From: Candidatus Latescibacterota bacterium
GTDB lineage: Bacteria > Latescibacterota > UBA2968 > GCA-2709665
Assembly: GCA_965116875.1 (NCBI GenBank)
Contig: OZ220733.1
Coordinates: forward strand, 4,288,001 to 4,352,000
Direction of reading: 5' to 3'
DNA length: 64,000 nucleotides
The notes below the pieces were generated by a model that ran no database searches, had not been told where the DNA came from, and saw only the letters and a list, made by a program, of their open reading frames with translations. Positions 47,513 to 57,470 of this stretch are shown piece by piece. The number at the start of each line of letters is the position of its first letter. The first letter of the stretch is position 1. The position numbers and the translations under genes were made by a program.

Positions 47513-49312
47513 ATGCAAAACGGCATCGCCGTGCTGGATTTCGGGGGGCAATACGCCCACCTGATTGCAAACCGAATCCGCCGCCTGCAGGTCTGGTCCG
47601 AGGTCTTTCCGCCCGACGTGGACACTTCGGCGCTCGACGGGTTTTCGGGCCTGATTCTGTCGGGGGGGCCCGCAAGCGTCTACGACCCGGATCAGCCGGC
47701 GTTCAACACGGCGCACCTGAGTTCCGGGCTGCCCGTCCTTGGATTGTGTTACGGCCACCAGCTGTTGTGCCAGGAACTGGGCGGCGAAGTTGCCCGGGGG
47801 CAAATCCGCGAGTACGGTTCGGCGGAACTTCGGATACAATCGGCGAATGGCCTGTTCGCGGGCATGGAGTCGCCGCTGGCGGTGTGGATGAGCCATGGCG
47901 ACGTGGCAAGCCGTCTGCCGGCGGGGTTCGAGGTTCTGGGGACCACGGACGACTGCGCAACAGCCGCGGTGGGTGACGTTCGACGGAATCTGTACGGACT
48001 GCAGTTTCACCCCGAGGTCGCTCACACCTCCCGCGGTATGGACATACTGGACAATTTCCTGAATATCTGCGCCGCGCCGCGTACCTGGACCATGGCCGGT
48101 TACGCGGAAACGGCGATCGAGGAGATTCGGGAGCGGGTGGGTCGCAAGCGCGTGTTTCTGCTGGTTTCGGGCGGTGTGGACTCGAGCGTGGCCTTTGCGC
48201 TTTTCAACCGCGCGCTCGGACCGGAGCGCGTGCTGGGATTGCACATCAACAACGGGTTCATGCGGAAGGGGGAGTCCGCCAGCGTCGCAAACGCGCTTCG
48301 GGTCGAAGGATTCGAAAACCTGATTGTGGAGGATGCGTCGGAGGATTTCCTGCTCAGCGTGGAGGGCATGGTGGATCCGGAGCAGAAAAGGCTGGCCATT
48401 GGCCGGGCGTTTCTCGAAGTCAAGGATCGTGTGCTGGAACGGATGGGCCTGGATTCGAACGGCTGGTTGCTGGGGCAGGGCACGCTCTATCCGGATACCA
48501 TCGAGTCAGGCGGTACGGAACACGCTGCGGTGATCAAGACGCACCACAACCGGGTGGACGTGGTGGAGGAGCTGATCGCCCGCGGGCTGGTCATCGAACC
48601 GCTCGCGCACCTCTACAAGGACGAAGTGCGTGAACTGGGGAACGCCCTCGGACTGCCGCCGCACCTGATCTGGCGCCAGCCGTTTCCCGGGCCCGGGTTG
48701 TCCGTGCGCTGCCTCTGCTCCACGGGTGACGGCGCGCACCCACCGGATACGGAGACCGAGGAAGCCGCCCGCGATATTGCGATGCGCGCCGGGCTCCGGC
48801 TCCGGGTGCTCCCGCTTCAGAGCGTCGGCGTCCAGGGAGACTTCCGCACCTATGCGCACCCCGCGGTCGTCTGGGGTGAATCGGACTGGGCGGTACTGGA
48901 GGACGTTTCCACGCGCATTACGAATACGGTCTCCGAGATCAACCGGGTGGTCTACCTGCTGGCGCCATCGGTCCTTCCCGCTCTGAAGCTGAAACGGGCC
49001 TTCCTCACGCAATCCCGTCTGGACCTTCTCAGGGACGTGGACGCGCTCGCCATGGCGGCCCTGGAGCGCGAGGCCCTGTCCAGGACGGTGTCCCAGATGC
49101 CCACTGTACTCCTTCCGTTGACGTCCGACGGTATCGCGGAAACCGTGGTCTTGAGGCCGGTGGAAACGCCGGACTTCATGACGGCCAGGTTCAGCGCGTT
49201 GCCCTTCGATTTCGTGCGAAAGCTCGCTGGTGAGATTTTAGACGTGGAAGGCGTCGAGGCGGTGTTTTACGACGTTACGCACAAGCCGCCGGGAACGGTC
49301 GAGTGGGAGTAG
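47513..49312 (+). CDS. guaA: GMP synthase (glutamine-hydrolysing), long form
   Basis: LDFGGQY, LSGGP.SV, GLCYG.Q, QFHPEV, SGGVDS, QGTLYPD.IES, IKTHHN, PFPGPGL, KPPGT.EWE. Confidence 0.95.
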   Translation: MQNGIAVLDFGGQYAHLIANRIRRLQVWSEVFPPDVDTSALDGFSGLILSGGPASVYDPDQPAFNTAHLSSGLPVLGLCYGHQLLCQELGGEVARGQIREYGSAELRIQSANGLFAGMESPLAVWMSHGDVASRLPAGFEVLGTTDDCATAAVGDVRRNLYGLQFHPEVAHTSRGMDILDNFLNICAAPRTWTMAGYAETAIEEIRERVGRKRVFLLVSGGVDSSVAFALFNRALGPERVLGLHINNGFMRKGESASVANALRVEGFENLIVEDASEDFLLSVEGMVDPEQKRLAIGRAFLEVKDRVLERMGLDSNGWLLGQGTLYPDTIESGGTEHAAVIKTHHNRVDVVEELIARGLVIEPLAHLYKDEVRELGNALGLPPHLIWRQPFPGPGLSVRCLCSTGDGAHPPDTETEEAARDIAMRAGLRLRVLPLQSVGVQGDFRTYAHPAVVWGESDWAVLEDVSTRITNTVSEINRVVYLLAPSVLPALKLKRAFLTQSRLDLLRDVDALAMAALEREALSRTVSQMPTVLLPLTSDGIAETVVLRPVETPDFMTARFSALPFDFVRKLAGEILDVEGVEAVFYDVTHKPPGTVEWE

Positions 49313-49353
49313 GGTCGCAATCCGGCAGTTCAACCCGATCTGGAGGAACAGAC

Positions 49354-49791
49354 ATGCATGAGGTCAATTATCTCGCCATACTGGTTGCCGGTTTTGTCCC
49401 GATGATCGCAGGCGCCGTCTGGTACGGGCCATTGTTCGGAAAGCGTTGGCTCGGATACATGGAGACCACGGAGGAGGAGATACGCAAGGACTTCAACCCC
49501 CTCAAGACATACGGCGTCAGTTTTCTTCTGGCGCTTGTCACTGCGTTCATCCTTGCGCAATTGCTTGCCGGAATGGGTGAGCCGCAGGACGTCTCGACGC
49601 TGCAGGGGAGCGGGGGAAAGGCGATGGCGGGCATCCATCTTGGATTGATGGCTCTGATCGCCTTCGTGCTCCCGGTGGCGCACCAGTCGGTGGCCTTTGA
49701 GGGGCGGAAGGCGGGTCTGTTCTGGCTCAGCCTCGGGTACAACGGCGTATCGCTTCTCGGACAGGGCGTGGTCATCGCCGTCTGGCGCTGA
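49354..49791 (+). CDS. DUF1761 membrane protein
   Basis: NYLAILVA......G.VWY..LFGK.W; 4 TMs. Confidence 0.8.
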   Translation: MHEVNYLAILVAGFVPMIAGAVWYGPLFGKRWLGYMETTEEEIRKDFNPLKTYGVSFLLALVTAFILAQLLAGMGEPQDVSTLQGSGGKAMAGIHLGLMALIAFVLPVAHQSVAFEGRKAGLFWLSLGYNGVSLLGQGVVIAVWR

Positions 49792-49829
49792 CGGGACAGG
49801 ACATCAGGGTGGGCTGAAATGGAAAACGG

Positions 49830-50519
49830 TCAGTCGGAGGCGACGGCCGTTTTTTCGTCCAGGGCCAGATCTTCGAGCGCAAAACGATCGATCGGCACGG
49901 ACTGTTCGGCGCGCCGGTGACGTGCGGCGAACGCGGCCTTGACTTTCGAGCCAAGCAACACGCAAATGAAGAAAACGGCGCCGCCAGCCAGCATGAGATT
50001 GGTGAGATTCAGCAGATTTCCGATCAGCGCAAAGAAAAAGTACCGCGGGAATCGCCCGAGAAACACGGCGACCAGGTACCGTTGGAAAGGGTAACCGCTT
50101 GCCGGACTGAGGATCCGGAAGATATAGAAAGGGATGAACGGAACCAGCGCGGCAAACCATATCGCGAAAAAGGGCGCTTTCATGAAATAGTGAACGGCGC
50201 CCTTATAGACGTCGCTCTCGCGCGTCCGTCTGATTCCGGGCTTCTGAAAAGCGAAGTTCATGGCCCGATAGTCCACGAAGCAGGCGATCAGGGTGCCTGC
50301 AACGGCCGCAACCGCAACTGCCAGAGGATGATAGGACCGGCCAAGGAAGACCAGTGCGGGTTCGTGGGGAAAGGGCACGAAAGAGTTGGCGGGAATGCTG
50401 TAAAAGAAAAGTAGCGACAGGTTTCGATATTGGGGCAGCAGGAGCGCCGCTGCGCCTGCGACCGTGAAAAGGCCGGCCGCTGCGCCAAGAAACGCTTTCC
50501 AGTTCTTGCTTACCGTCAT
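49830..50519 (-). CDS. VTT/SNARE-associated (DedA-like) membrane protein
   Basis: P.PHEP, P.IPF......P...Y....YL..VFLGR.PRY. Confidence 0.7.
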   Translation of the reverse strand: MTVSKNWKAFLGAAAGLFTVAGAAALLLPQYRNLSLLFFYSIPANSFVPFPHEPALVFLGRSYHPLAVAVAAVAGTLIACFVDYRAMNFAFQKPGIRRTRESDVYKGAVHYFMKAPFFAIWFAALVPFIPFYIFRILSPASGYPFQRYLVAVFLGRFPRYFFFALIGNLLNLTNLMLAGGAVFFICVLLGSKVKAAFAARHRRAEQSVPIDRFALEDLALDEKTAVASD

Positions 50520-50678
50520 GCCCGTTGGACCTTTCTATCGGTGGGAAGTACGACCGACGATAATATAAGTGAATCTTTTAAAAGCGTCAATGTGTTTTCA
50601 GTTGACATTCTGAATATCGCAGATACGCAGTTCCTCTATCGACTCCGCAGCCGGCGCACGGTTCCAAAGAAGCTGTAT

Positions 50679-50875
50679 TAGCCTCAATCCGAAAAAAACA
50701 GCAACGCGGCGACGCGATAAAACCCTCCGTAACGGGGCGTTATCGACGTATAGAAGGACGTTTTTTCCCTACACGTCCAGAGACCTGGTGTATCCTGGTA
50801 ATCCGCCGTCTAATCGCCTTTATTTACAAGAACATATTCGTATTATCGTCCCCGAAGACTTACGAATCATGGTTA
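50679..50875. mobile_element. Possible decayed MITE (family C)
   Basis: Imperfect ends TAGCCTCAATCCGAAA / TTACGAATCATGGTTA; left end repeated at 41031-41065. Confidence 0.4.
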
Positions 50876-50957
50876 AAGTCCTCATCGGCCTTTGCGCGGC
50901 TGGACCGACACCCTTTCGCCCGCGATCGGGAACCCACCGGTAATCCTCACACAGAAT

Positions 50958-52310
50958 CTAAAACGTGCTCTCCGGCGTTGTTTCCGGGCACCAGCGGGCC
51001 GTTGTCAACGCGGGGATGAGCGCATTCATTGCCGCGGGGGTCCCGATTCGTCTGAGCGCCTCGGCGGCGTTTCCGCGTGCGTAACGATTGGCATCCGTCA
51101 ACCCGTCACTCAGTTCCGGAACGGCGGATTCGGCTGCGGGACCCAGTTTGGCCAGAGCCAGCGCGGCGGTGAGGCGCACGTCGCCGTCGCTGTCCTTCAT
51201 CTGCTTCTTCAGGCCCGATACCGCGGCGGGCTCCGCCAGTGCGACGTTACCGAGGGCTTCGGCCGACCACCGGCGGACCTCGGGATCCTCGTGTTCCAGG
51301 GTGTCGACCAGCCGCGGGACGGCCTCTTCGGCGCCTCCGCCTATATCCGCCAGGATCTGGACGGCCTGGGCAGCGTCGTGTCCCAGCCTCCCAACCAGGC
51401 TCGGAACCGCCGGGGCGCCGATGGCGCTGAGGGCGTAGGCCGCGTTGCGTCGCACGGACTCGGATCCGTCGTCCAGAAAACTCGAAAGGGTGGGAATGGC
51501 GGGGGTACCTATCCCGGCGAGGCGGTAGGCGGCATTCAGGGCCGTGTTCTCATGCTCGTCGACAAGGTCCCGCGCGGTGTCTGCCACCGACGCGTTCAGG
51601 CCGTTCGCGGACGGACGTCCCCGGTGCCAGTCCCAAAGGTGGTTCCACAGCAAAGCGCGGTCATCCGAGCGCGTCCAGCCACGGTGTGCGGGGCCCTCGT
51701 TCGCGGCTCCCCGCCAGCTCGGAGCATCCGGTTCCTTCATCCGGGTAAAAAGGAATTTCATCATATAACGGGGCGCGTCGCTGGAATTCGGCATCGCCCG
51801 GTGCCACAGGTCGTAGTGTACGATCGTGACGTCGCCCGCGTCCCCGCAAAGCGGTAATTCTTCGCTCGCATCGGCGTCACAGGTGTTGTTGAAGTGGCTG
51901 CCCGGCACGACGCCGGTAGGTCCCAGGCTTATCGGCGTGGGCTGGGGGTAATAGAACGCCATCGCCCACCGGGTGTGGTGGTGCCGCCGGTTCCAGCCGT
52001 CCATATGCATCCGCTGCCCGGTGCTCCCGGGCGGGTTGGCGTGGCAATGGCGGTGGGGATGCATGGAATAGTCGGCGCCCAGAAGGCCCGTGAGCGCGCC
52101 GACGACGTTGGGATCCTGGAAGACCAATTGGATTTCCGGCAGCCTGGGCAGAAGGTTGTTCCCGGGATTTCCCTCTTTTTGGAATATGTCGTCGGTGCGT
52201 TGGAAGATGTCGGCGTGAAATTCCGGAGGAAGCTCGGTCTTGACGGAAATGAACCCGTTGACGACGTAGAACCGCATCTGTTCGTCGGTTAGCAGCTTGA
52301 TTTCTCGCAT
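50958..52310 (-). CDS. PhyH dioxygenase fused to HEAT repeats
   Basis: HMD (HxD), GPT.VVPGSH, VHYDLWHR; C-terminal VR..AA.AL..IG..AVP.L repeats. Confidence 0.85.
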   Translation of the reverse strand: MREIKLLTDEQMRFYVVNGFISVKTELPPEFHADIFQRTDDIFQKEGNPGNNLLPRLPEIQLVFQDPNVVGALTGLLGADYSMHPHRHCHANPPGSTGQRMHMDGWNRRHHHTRWAMAFYYPQPTPISLGPTGVVPGSHFNNTCDADASEELPLCGDAGDVTIVHYDLWHRAMPNSSDAPRYMMKFLFTRMKEPDAPSWRGAANEGPAHRGWTRSDDRALLWNHLWDWHRGRPSANGLNASVADTARDLVDEHENTALNAAYRLAGIGTPAIPTLSSFLDDGSESVRRNAAYALSAIGAPAVPSLVGRLGHDAAQAVQILADIGGGAEEAVPRLVDTLEHEDPEVRRWSAEALGNVALAEPAAVSGLKKQMKDSDGDVRLTAALALAKLGPAAESAVPELSDGLTDANRYARGNAAEALRRIGTPAAMNALIPALTTARWCPETTPESTF

Positions 52311-52332
52311 GGGAGAACCTCTCTCGTGGACG

Positions 52333-53520
52333 TCACGACCGGTGGCGCCCGGGTTGACAGGGATGCGCCAGCAGGGCTTCTTCCACGACTTCCGTGCCCC
52401 AACCCGGCCCGTCCGGGACCGCCATGCGTCCGTCGACGATTGTTGGCGGTTTCGTGACGAGGTCGTCTTTCCAGGGCACGTCGTCGATGTCGATTTCCAT
52501 GATGCGCACGTTGGGAAGCACCCCGCAAAGGCTCGCGCTGATGAACGATGCGAGGTGACTGTAGTAGTTGTGCGGGGCGACGTTCAACTGAAAGACTTCA
52601 GCGAGATCTCCGATTTTCCTGGACTGGGAGAATCCGTTCCAGGGTACATCGACCATGTACACGTCGGCCGCATGGCGTTCAAAATAGGGAAGATAACCGC
52701 GCATGTGAAACAGATTCTCGCCGGTGCAGATGGGCGTGGCGGTGGACTGCTTTATCGCAAGGATGGCATCCGGATCGTACATGTCGATTTCAAGCCAGAG
52801 CAGGTTGAAAGGTTCCAGGATTTTCGCGATTCGCCTGCAGGCCTCCGGCTTGAAGTTGAAATTGAGGTCCAGGTTCAGGTCGACGTGGGGCCCAACGGCA
52901 TCACGAAAAGTACCCACCAGAGTCTCGATATGCGACAGCAGCCGGTTCGATATCGCCTGGTCGGTCGTGCCGGGTCCGCCCCCAAAGCCGGGAAAGTAGA
53001 CGGAACCGGGATCGCCGGGCATCAGAATGTTGGTTTTAAGCGCCGTGAAGCCTCTCCGCACCACTTCCCGGCCCAGCGCGGCCACGTCGTCCAGGTTGCG
53101 CAGCGGCGGGGTCCCGATGAGTTCGTGCGCCCGGATCCTGCTGGTGCCGCAATGCGACCAGTACAGCCGGACGTCTTCCCGCGTGGGTCCGCCGAACAGT
53201 TCCACAACGGAAATGCCGAGGGCCCGAGCCTTGATGTCCACCAGGGCCAGTTCGATACCCGCAATGGCTTTCATGGTCGCGCCGTCCGGACTCTGGCGGC
53301 TCCGTCTGACCATGTCCTGGAATCTCATTTCAAACGGGCGCGGGTCCCTCCCGATCAGCACTGGCTCGAGGTCCTTCACCGCGCCTGCGACGCTTAGGGG
53401 CATCTTGTCGTCGCTGCATTCGCCCCAGCCCGTGATTCCGCTGTCGGTTTCCACCCTGACGAACAACCAGGATCGCCAGCCCGCGTCCACGTGGAACGTC
53501 CGGATATCGGTGATGCGCAT
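52333..53520 (-). CDS. Mandelate racemase/muconate lactonizing enzyme family (acid-sugar dehydratase-like)
   Basis: VRVETDSG..GWGE, IE.AL.DI, D.N, WLE, TGEN, APHN, P..PGWG. Confidence 0.9.
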   Translation of the reverse strand: MRITDIRTFHVDAGWRSWLFVRVETDSGITGWGECSDDKMPLSVAGAVKDLEPVLIGRDPRPFEMRFQDMVRRSRQSPDGATMKAIAGIELALVDIKARALGISVVELFGGPTREDVRLYWSHCGTSRIRAHELIGTPPLRNLDDVAALGREVVRRGFTALKTNILMPGDPGSVYFPGFGGGPGTTDQAISNRLLSHIETLVGTFRDAVGPHVDLNLDLNFNFKPEACRRIAKILEPFNLLWLEIDMYDPDAILAIKQSTATPICTGENLFHMRGYLPYFERHAADVYMVDVPWNGFSQSRKIGDLAEVFQLNVAPHNYYSHLASFISASLCGVLPNVRIMEIDIDDVPWKDDLVTKPPTIVDGRMAVPDGPGWGTEVVEEALLAHPCQPGRHRS

Positions 53521-53571
53521 TTATCCTGCCCTTTCGTATGTCCCCGGCCGCCGGTCCTGCCGTATCAGAAC

Positions 53572-53605
53572 AAAGAAACAGGGGGCGCGTGCCCGGCCCC
53601 CTGTT
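53572..53605 (-). terminator. Intrinsic terminator after glnA
   Basis: AACAGGGGGC / GCCCCCTGTT stem followed on the minus strand by a T-rich run. Confidence 0.65.
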
Positions 53606-53634
53606 CGTGTCGCGTGTGTGTCGTGTGTACGGGA

Positions 53635-55053
53635 TTACGCATCGAAATACAGCGCGAATTCGTACGGATGCGGCCTCAGTCGCATCTCGTCGATTTCATT
53701 CTTGCGCTTGTAGTCGATCCAGCTGTCAACCACGTCTCTGGTGAACACGTCTCCCTCGAGAAGGAAATCGTGATCGGATTCGAGGGCGTTGATGGCTTCT
53801 TCCAGCGATCCGCACGTCTGGGGGACTCTGGCCATGTCTTCCGGTTCCAGTTCATAGAGGTCCATGTCCAGTGGTTCACCCGGGTCGATCCGGTTCCGGA
53901 TGCCATCCAGGCCGGCCATGAGCATGGCCGCAAAGGCCAGGTAGGGGTTGCAGGACGGGTCCGGGCAGCGGAACTCCATTCGCTTGGCTTTGGGACTGGG
54001 GGAATACATCGGGATCCGGACGCAAGCACTTCGGTTTCGCTTGGAGTAGGCCAGGTTGACCGGGGCTTCGTATCCGGGCACCAGGCGTTTGTAGGAGTTG
54101 GTGGTCGGCGCGACAAATGCCAGTAACGCGTTCGCATGCTTCAGGATCCCGCCGATATAGTGCAGCGCCATGTCGCTGAGTCCGGCGTATTCGGAACCCG
54201 CAAAGAGGGGCTCGCCGTCCTTCCAGAGGCTCTGGTGTACGTGCATCCCGGTACCGTTGTCCTGGAAGAGCGGCTTGGGCATGAACGTGGCCGTCCTTCC
54301 GTGTTTCCGTGCGGTGTTTTTGACGATGTACTTATAAAGGATCAGTTTGTCGGCGCACTTCAGCAACGGTGCGAACCTGAAGTCGATCTCTGCCTGGCCG
54401 CCGGTCGCCACCTCGTGATGGTGGGCTTCGACTTCGATTCCGCAGTTGAGCATATGCAGGACCATCTCACTCCGGATATCCTGAAGGCTGTCGGTGGGCG
54501 GCACCGGGAAGTACCCCTCTTTGTACCGGGGTTTGTAGCCCAGGTTCGGCTGTTCGTCACGCCCGGTATTCCAGCGGCCTTCAACTGAATCGACGTAATA
54601 ATAGCCCGTATTGTTCGTCTGGTCGAAACGGACGTCGTCGAAGACGAAGAACTCCGCCTCGGGACCGAAGGTCGCCTCGTCTGCGATGCCGGTTTCCCTG
54701 AGATAGATTTCGGCCCTTCGCGCCACGGTACGTGGATCACGGGTGTATTGCCCTCTCGTGATCGGATCCTGTATCTCGCAGAACATCGCGAGCGTGGGAA
54801 TCTCAAGGAAAGGATCGACGAAGGCCGTATCGGGCTCGGGCATCACGAGCAGGTCGCTCTCGTGGATGGACTGCCAGCCGCGCATGCTGGAACCGTCGAA
54901 GCCGAGGCCGTCTTCGAAGGTGTCGTCCTCGACTTCCTCCGCGGGCACGGAAAAGTGCTGCCAGAGCCCCGGATAGTCCGTAAAGCGGAAATCCACGATT
55001 TTTACGTTGTTTTCCTTGATCATGTCAAGGACGTCTTGAGGCGTCTTGCCCAT
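53635..55053 (-). CDS. glnA: Glutamine synthetase type I
   Basis: FDGSS, GPEAEFF, HHHEVA..GQ.EI, ATFMPKP...[34 protein letters not shown]...NPYL. Confidence 0.97.
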   Translation of the reverse strand: MGKTPQDVLDMIKENNVKIVDFRFTDYPGLWQHFSVPAEEVEDDTFEDGLGFDGSSMRGWQSIHESDLLVMPEPDTAFVDPFLEIPTLAMFCEIQDPITRGQYTRDPRTVARRAEIYLRETGIADEATFGPEAEFFVFDDVRFDQTNNTGYYYVDSVEGRWNTGRDEQPNLGYKPRYKEGYFPVPPTDSLQDIRSEMVLHMLNCGIEVEAHHHEVATGGQAEIDFRFAPLLKCADKLILYKYIVKNTARKHGRTATFMPKPLFQDNGTGMHVHQSLWKDGEPLFAGSEYAGLSDMALHYIGGILKHANALLAFVAPTTNSYKRLVPGYEAPVNLAYSKRNRSACVRIPMYSPSPKAKRMEFRCPDPSCNPYLAFAAMLMAGLDGIRNRIDPGEPLDMDLYELEPEDMARVPQTCGSLEEAINALESDHDFLLEGDVFTRDVVDSWIDYKRKNEIDEMRLRPHPYEFALYFDA

Positions 55054-55289
55054 GCTGCGGCTCCTTTCGGATGTGAGTCATTGTCTGGTCTCTACAGATG
55101 TCAGGACGTGTTTGGAATGGCGCAAATATACGGGGCATACATTTCGTATAGATTGCTATTATGTTAAATCCATGTTAATAGCGGTACCGTCCAACCTGAG
55201 CGCGCGATGCCGGCCGCGCCCCGTCGGCAATGTCCCGAAACCGATACGGAGCAGCGCATTTTCGCCGCTTCGGATCTGCCGCAAAAGGC

Positions 55290-55318
55290 TTGACAATAAA
55301 CCTGCATTCCTTTATCAT
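55290..55318 (+). promoter_or_regulatory. Candidate sigma70 promoter of the hrcA operon
   Basis: TTGACA-N17-TATCAT. Confidence 0.55.
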
Positions 55319-55544
55319 TTGTGGGAATTATGGATTTATGCGAACTCCGAAAGCCTGAAGCTGCTCCTGTCGTCCGGCATGCCGGTTGCGTCACCCTTCA
55401 CGTGGTCCTCTCTCCTCCGGAAGAAGCCATCTACACACATAGTTCGTTATTCTTCGACTCAACGGGCATCTCCTCCGGCCCCGTCGTTTTATTCTGACGC
55501 CTTGTCTTCTGTCCCGCAGTCTGTCCGCGGGACGGGAAATTTGA

Positions 55545-55730
55545 GAAGCTGTTTTAAAATTACCGGTGAGTTCCAGAGCGCGAGCGAAAAAGTGGCGGTC
55601 AAGGCGGGAATACCCGGCTATGAGAGGCGAGCAAGCGCAGCCTCGATCTCGTAAGACGGGCGGGTTTGACCAACGCCGACCGGCGCTTTTGCAGCCGTGC
55701 GAAAACCGCTGGGAATTTTAAGACAGCTTC
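55545..55730. mobile_element. MITE family B
   Basis: TIRs GAAGCTGTTTTAAAATT / AATTTTAAGACAGCTTC; inverted copy at 62006-62167. Confidence 0.85.
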
Positions 55731-55748
55731 TAAGGATTGGTGGGTCGT

Positions 55749-56780
55749 ATGATGCAGCTACAGCAGCGTGAAGCCGCCATTCTGGATATTCTTATCAGCA
55801 GGCATATCAATACCGGAGAGCCCGTGGGGTCGCGCGCCATCGCCAGGTCGGGCCTGGGGCTCAGTTCCGCCACGGTACGCAATTCCATGGCCGACCTGGA
55901 GGAAAAGGGCCTGCTCACCCATCCGCACACGTCGGCCGGCCGCGTTCCCACGGACGAAGGCTACCGCTATTACGTCGACAAAGTGATGCCCAGACAGACG
56001 ATCCGGGAGGAGGAGCGCGAACAGATCCGCGAGCGGGTCAGGGCATACGTCCGCGAGGGGGATATCGAAGCCTTGCTGGAGCAGATGTCCCGGTTGATCG
56101 CGGATCTCTCGATGAATCTGGGAATGGTTCTCTCGCCGAGGTTCGAGCGGGGCGTGTTCGACCGTCTGGAAATGGTCCATCTGTCTGAAGGCAGGCTGCT
56201 GCTGGTTCTTGCAATCAAGTCGGGGCTGGTGAAGACGATGGTGATGGAGGTGGATTCGGCCATATCACCCGGCGAGCTGGATGAGACGTCGCGGGCGGTG
56301 AACGAACGCCTGTCCGGACTCAGCGTGGCGGAAATCAGAGACTCGGTCGCAGAGCGGCTCCGTGAGGTCTCGAGCGGATCTCCCAGACTTTTGCGTGTGC
56401 TTTGTGACAGCGCGTCGAACCTTTTCCGGTTTCAGAGCGGAATGGATCTGCATTTCGGTGGCGCCGGCAACTTTATCATGCATCCGGAGTTCAACCGCAA
56501 GAAGAACGACCTGGCCGCCCTGATGGAACTGCTCGAAGCCCGGGAACCGATGATCACCATTCTGGACGAACGGACCGAGCACGACGGGATTTCCGTGACG
56601 ATCGGCGCCGAGAATGATCCGCCGCAACTCCGGGGCTGCAGCGTACTCACGTCGAGATACCGCGTTGGCGCCATTTCGGGTGTCATCGGGCTGATCGGAC
56701 CGACGCGCATCCCGTATGCGAGGCTCATTCCCCTCACCCGGTATATGGCGACCCTGGCGGAGGAAATGCTGGATCAATAG
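55749..56780 (+). CDS. hrcA: Heat-inducible transcription repressor HrcA
   Basis: TGEPVGS, LSSATVRN.MADLE..GLL..PHTSAGRVPTD.GYRYYVD, IG.EN, IGPTR..Y. Confidence 0.95.
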   Translation: MMQLQQREAAILDILISRHINTGEPVGSRAIARSGLGLSSATVRNSMADLEEKGLLTHPHTSAGRVPTDEGYRYYVDKVMPRQTIREEEREQIRERVRAYVREGDIEALLEQMSRLIADLSMNLGMVLSPRFERGVFDRLEMVHLSEGRLLLVLAIKSGLVKTMVMEVDSAISPGELDETSRAVNERLSGLSVAEIRDSVAERLREVSSGSPRLLRVLCDSASNLFRFQSGMDLHFGGAGNFIMHPEFNRKKNDLAALMELLEAREPMITILDERTEHDGISVTIGAENDPPQLRGCSVLTSRYRVGAISGVIGLIGPTRIPYARLIPLTRYMATLAEEMLDQ

Positions 56781-56801
56781 CAGGAGGATACCCGTAAGAA
56801 T

Positions 56802-57419
56802 ATGGTGAACCCTGACGAAGTCAACGGCGAGGAGACGCAGGAGGAAACCGCCGAACCGGAAGGTGGTGGGGAAGCGGAGGCTTCCTGCGAAGAAGACGCA
56901 CCGGATCCGCATGAAGAAGCCCTCCGCGTGTCCGAAGAGTACAAGGACCGGTGGATGCGCCTGGCGGCCGAGTTCGACAATTACAAGAAGCGGAGGACGA
57001 GGGAGTTCGATGCCCTGATTCAGTCGGCCAGCGAAAACCTGATTCGGGACCTGCTGCCCGTTCTCGACTCGGTCGCGCGTGCGCTGGAGCACAGCGCCGA
57101 CGGCGAGGAGGATTCCGATGGGTTCAGACAGGGCGTGGCCATGATCATGGAGGAGTTCCCCAAAGTCCTCCAGCGTCGCGGTCTTTCCGAGATCGAGGCC
57201 GCGGGGCAGCCGTTCGATCCCAACTTTCATGAAGCGCTGATGCAGATGACGTCCGAAGATCACGCGGAAGGGCTCGTGATGGCCGTGGTGGAACGCGGGT
57301 ACCGTATTGGCGAAAAGGTGATCCGGCCTGCCAGGGTCGTCGTGAGTGGAGGAAGCGCCGGCGAGGAGTCCGAGAGCGAGGAAGAGGGCGAGAAGGAGAG
57401 TGAAGCGCGGCAATCCTGA
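56802..57419 (+). CDS. grpE: Nucleotide exchange factor GrpE
   Basis: RL.AEFDNYKKR, LLPVLD, G.PFDPNFHEA, GY......RPA.V.V. Confidence 0.95.
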   Translation: MVNPDEVNGEETQEETAEPEGGGEAEASCEEDAPDPHEEALRVSEEYKDRWMRLAAEFDNYKKRRTREFDALIQSASENLIRDLLPVLDSVARALEHSADGEEDSDGFRQGVAMIMEEFPKVLQRRGLSEIEAAGQPFDPNFHEALMQMTSEDHAEGLVMAVVERGYRIGEKVIRPARVVVSGGSAGEESESEEEGEKESEARQS

Positions 57420-57470
57420 GCAGGGCCGGAATCCGGCTCTGTTCTCTGTTTTGCCCCACGGGAATGAAAC

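Noticed and set aside
49290-49330. guaA 3' end as an island attachment site
   Set aside because: A known hotspot in other bacteria, but no duplicate of this 3' end and no integrase were seen in the window.
55100-55190. Sigma54 or GlnR/TnrA site upstream of glnA
   Set aside because: Only partial matches: no GG at -24 and no proper TGTNA-N7-TNACA.
55330-55497. 55-aa ORF in the hrcA leader
   Set aside because: Weak RBS, no motif or telling codon bias; cannot be supported.
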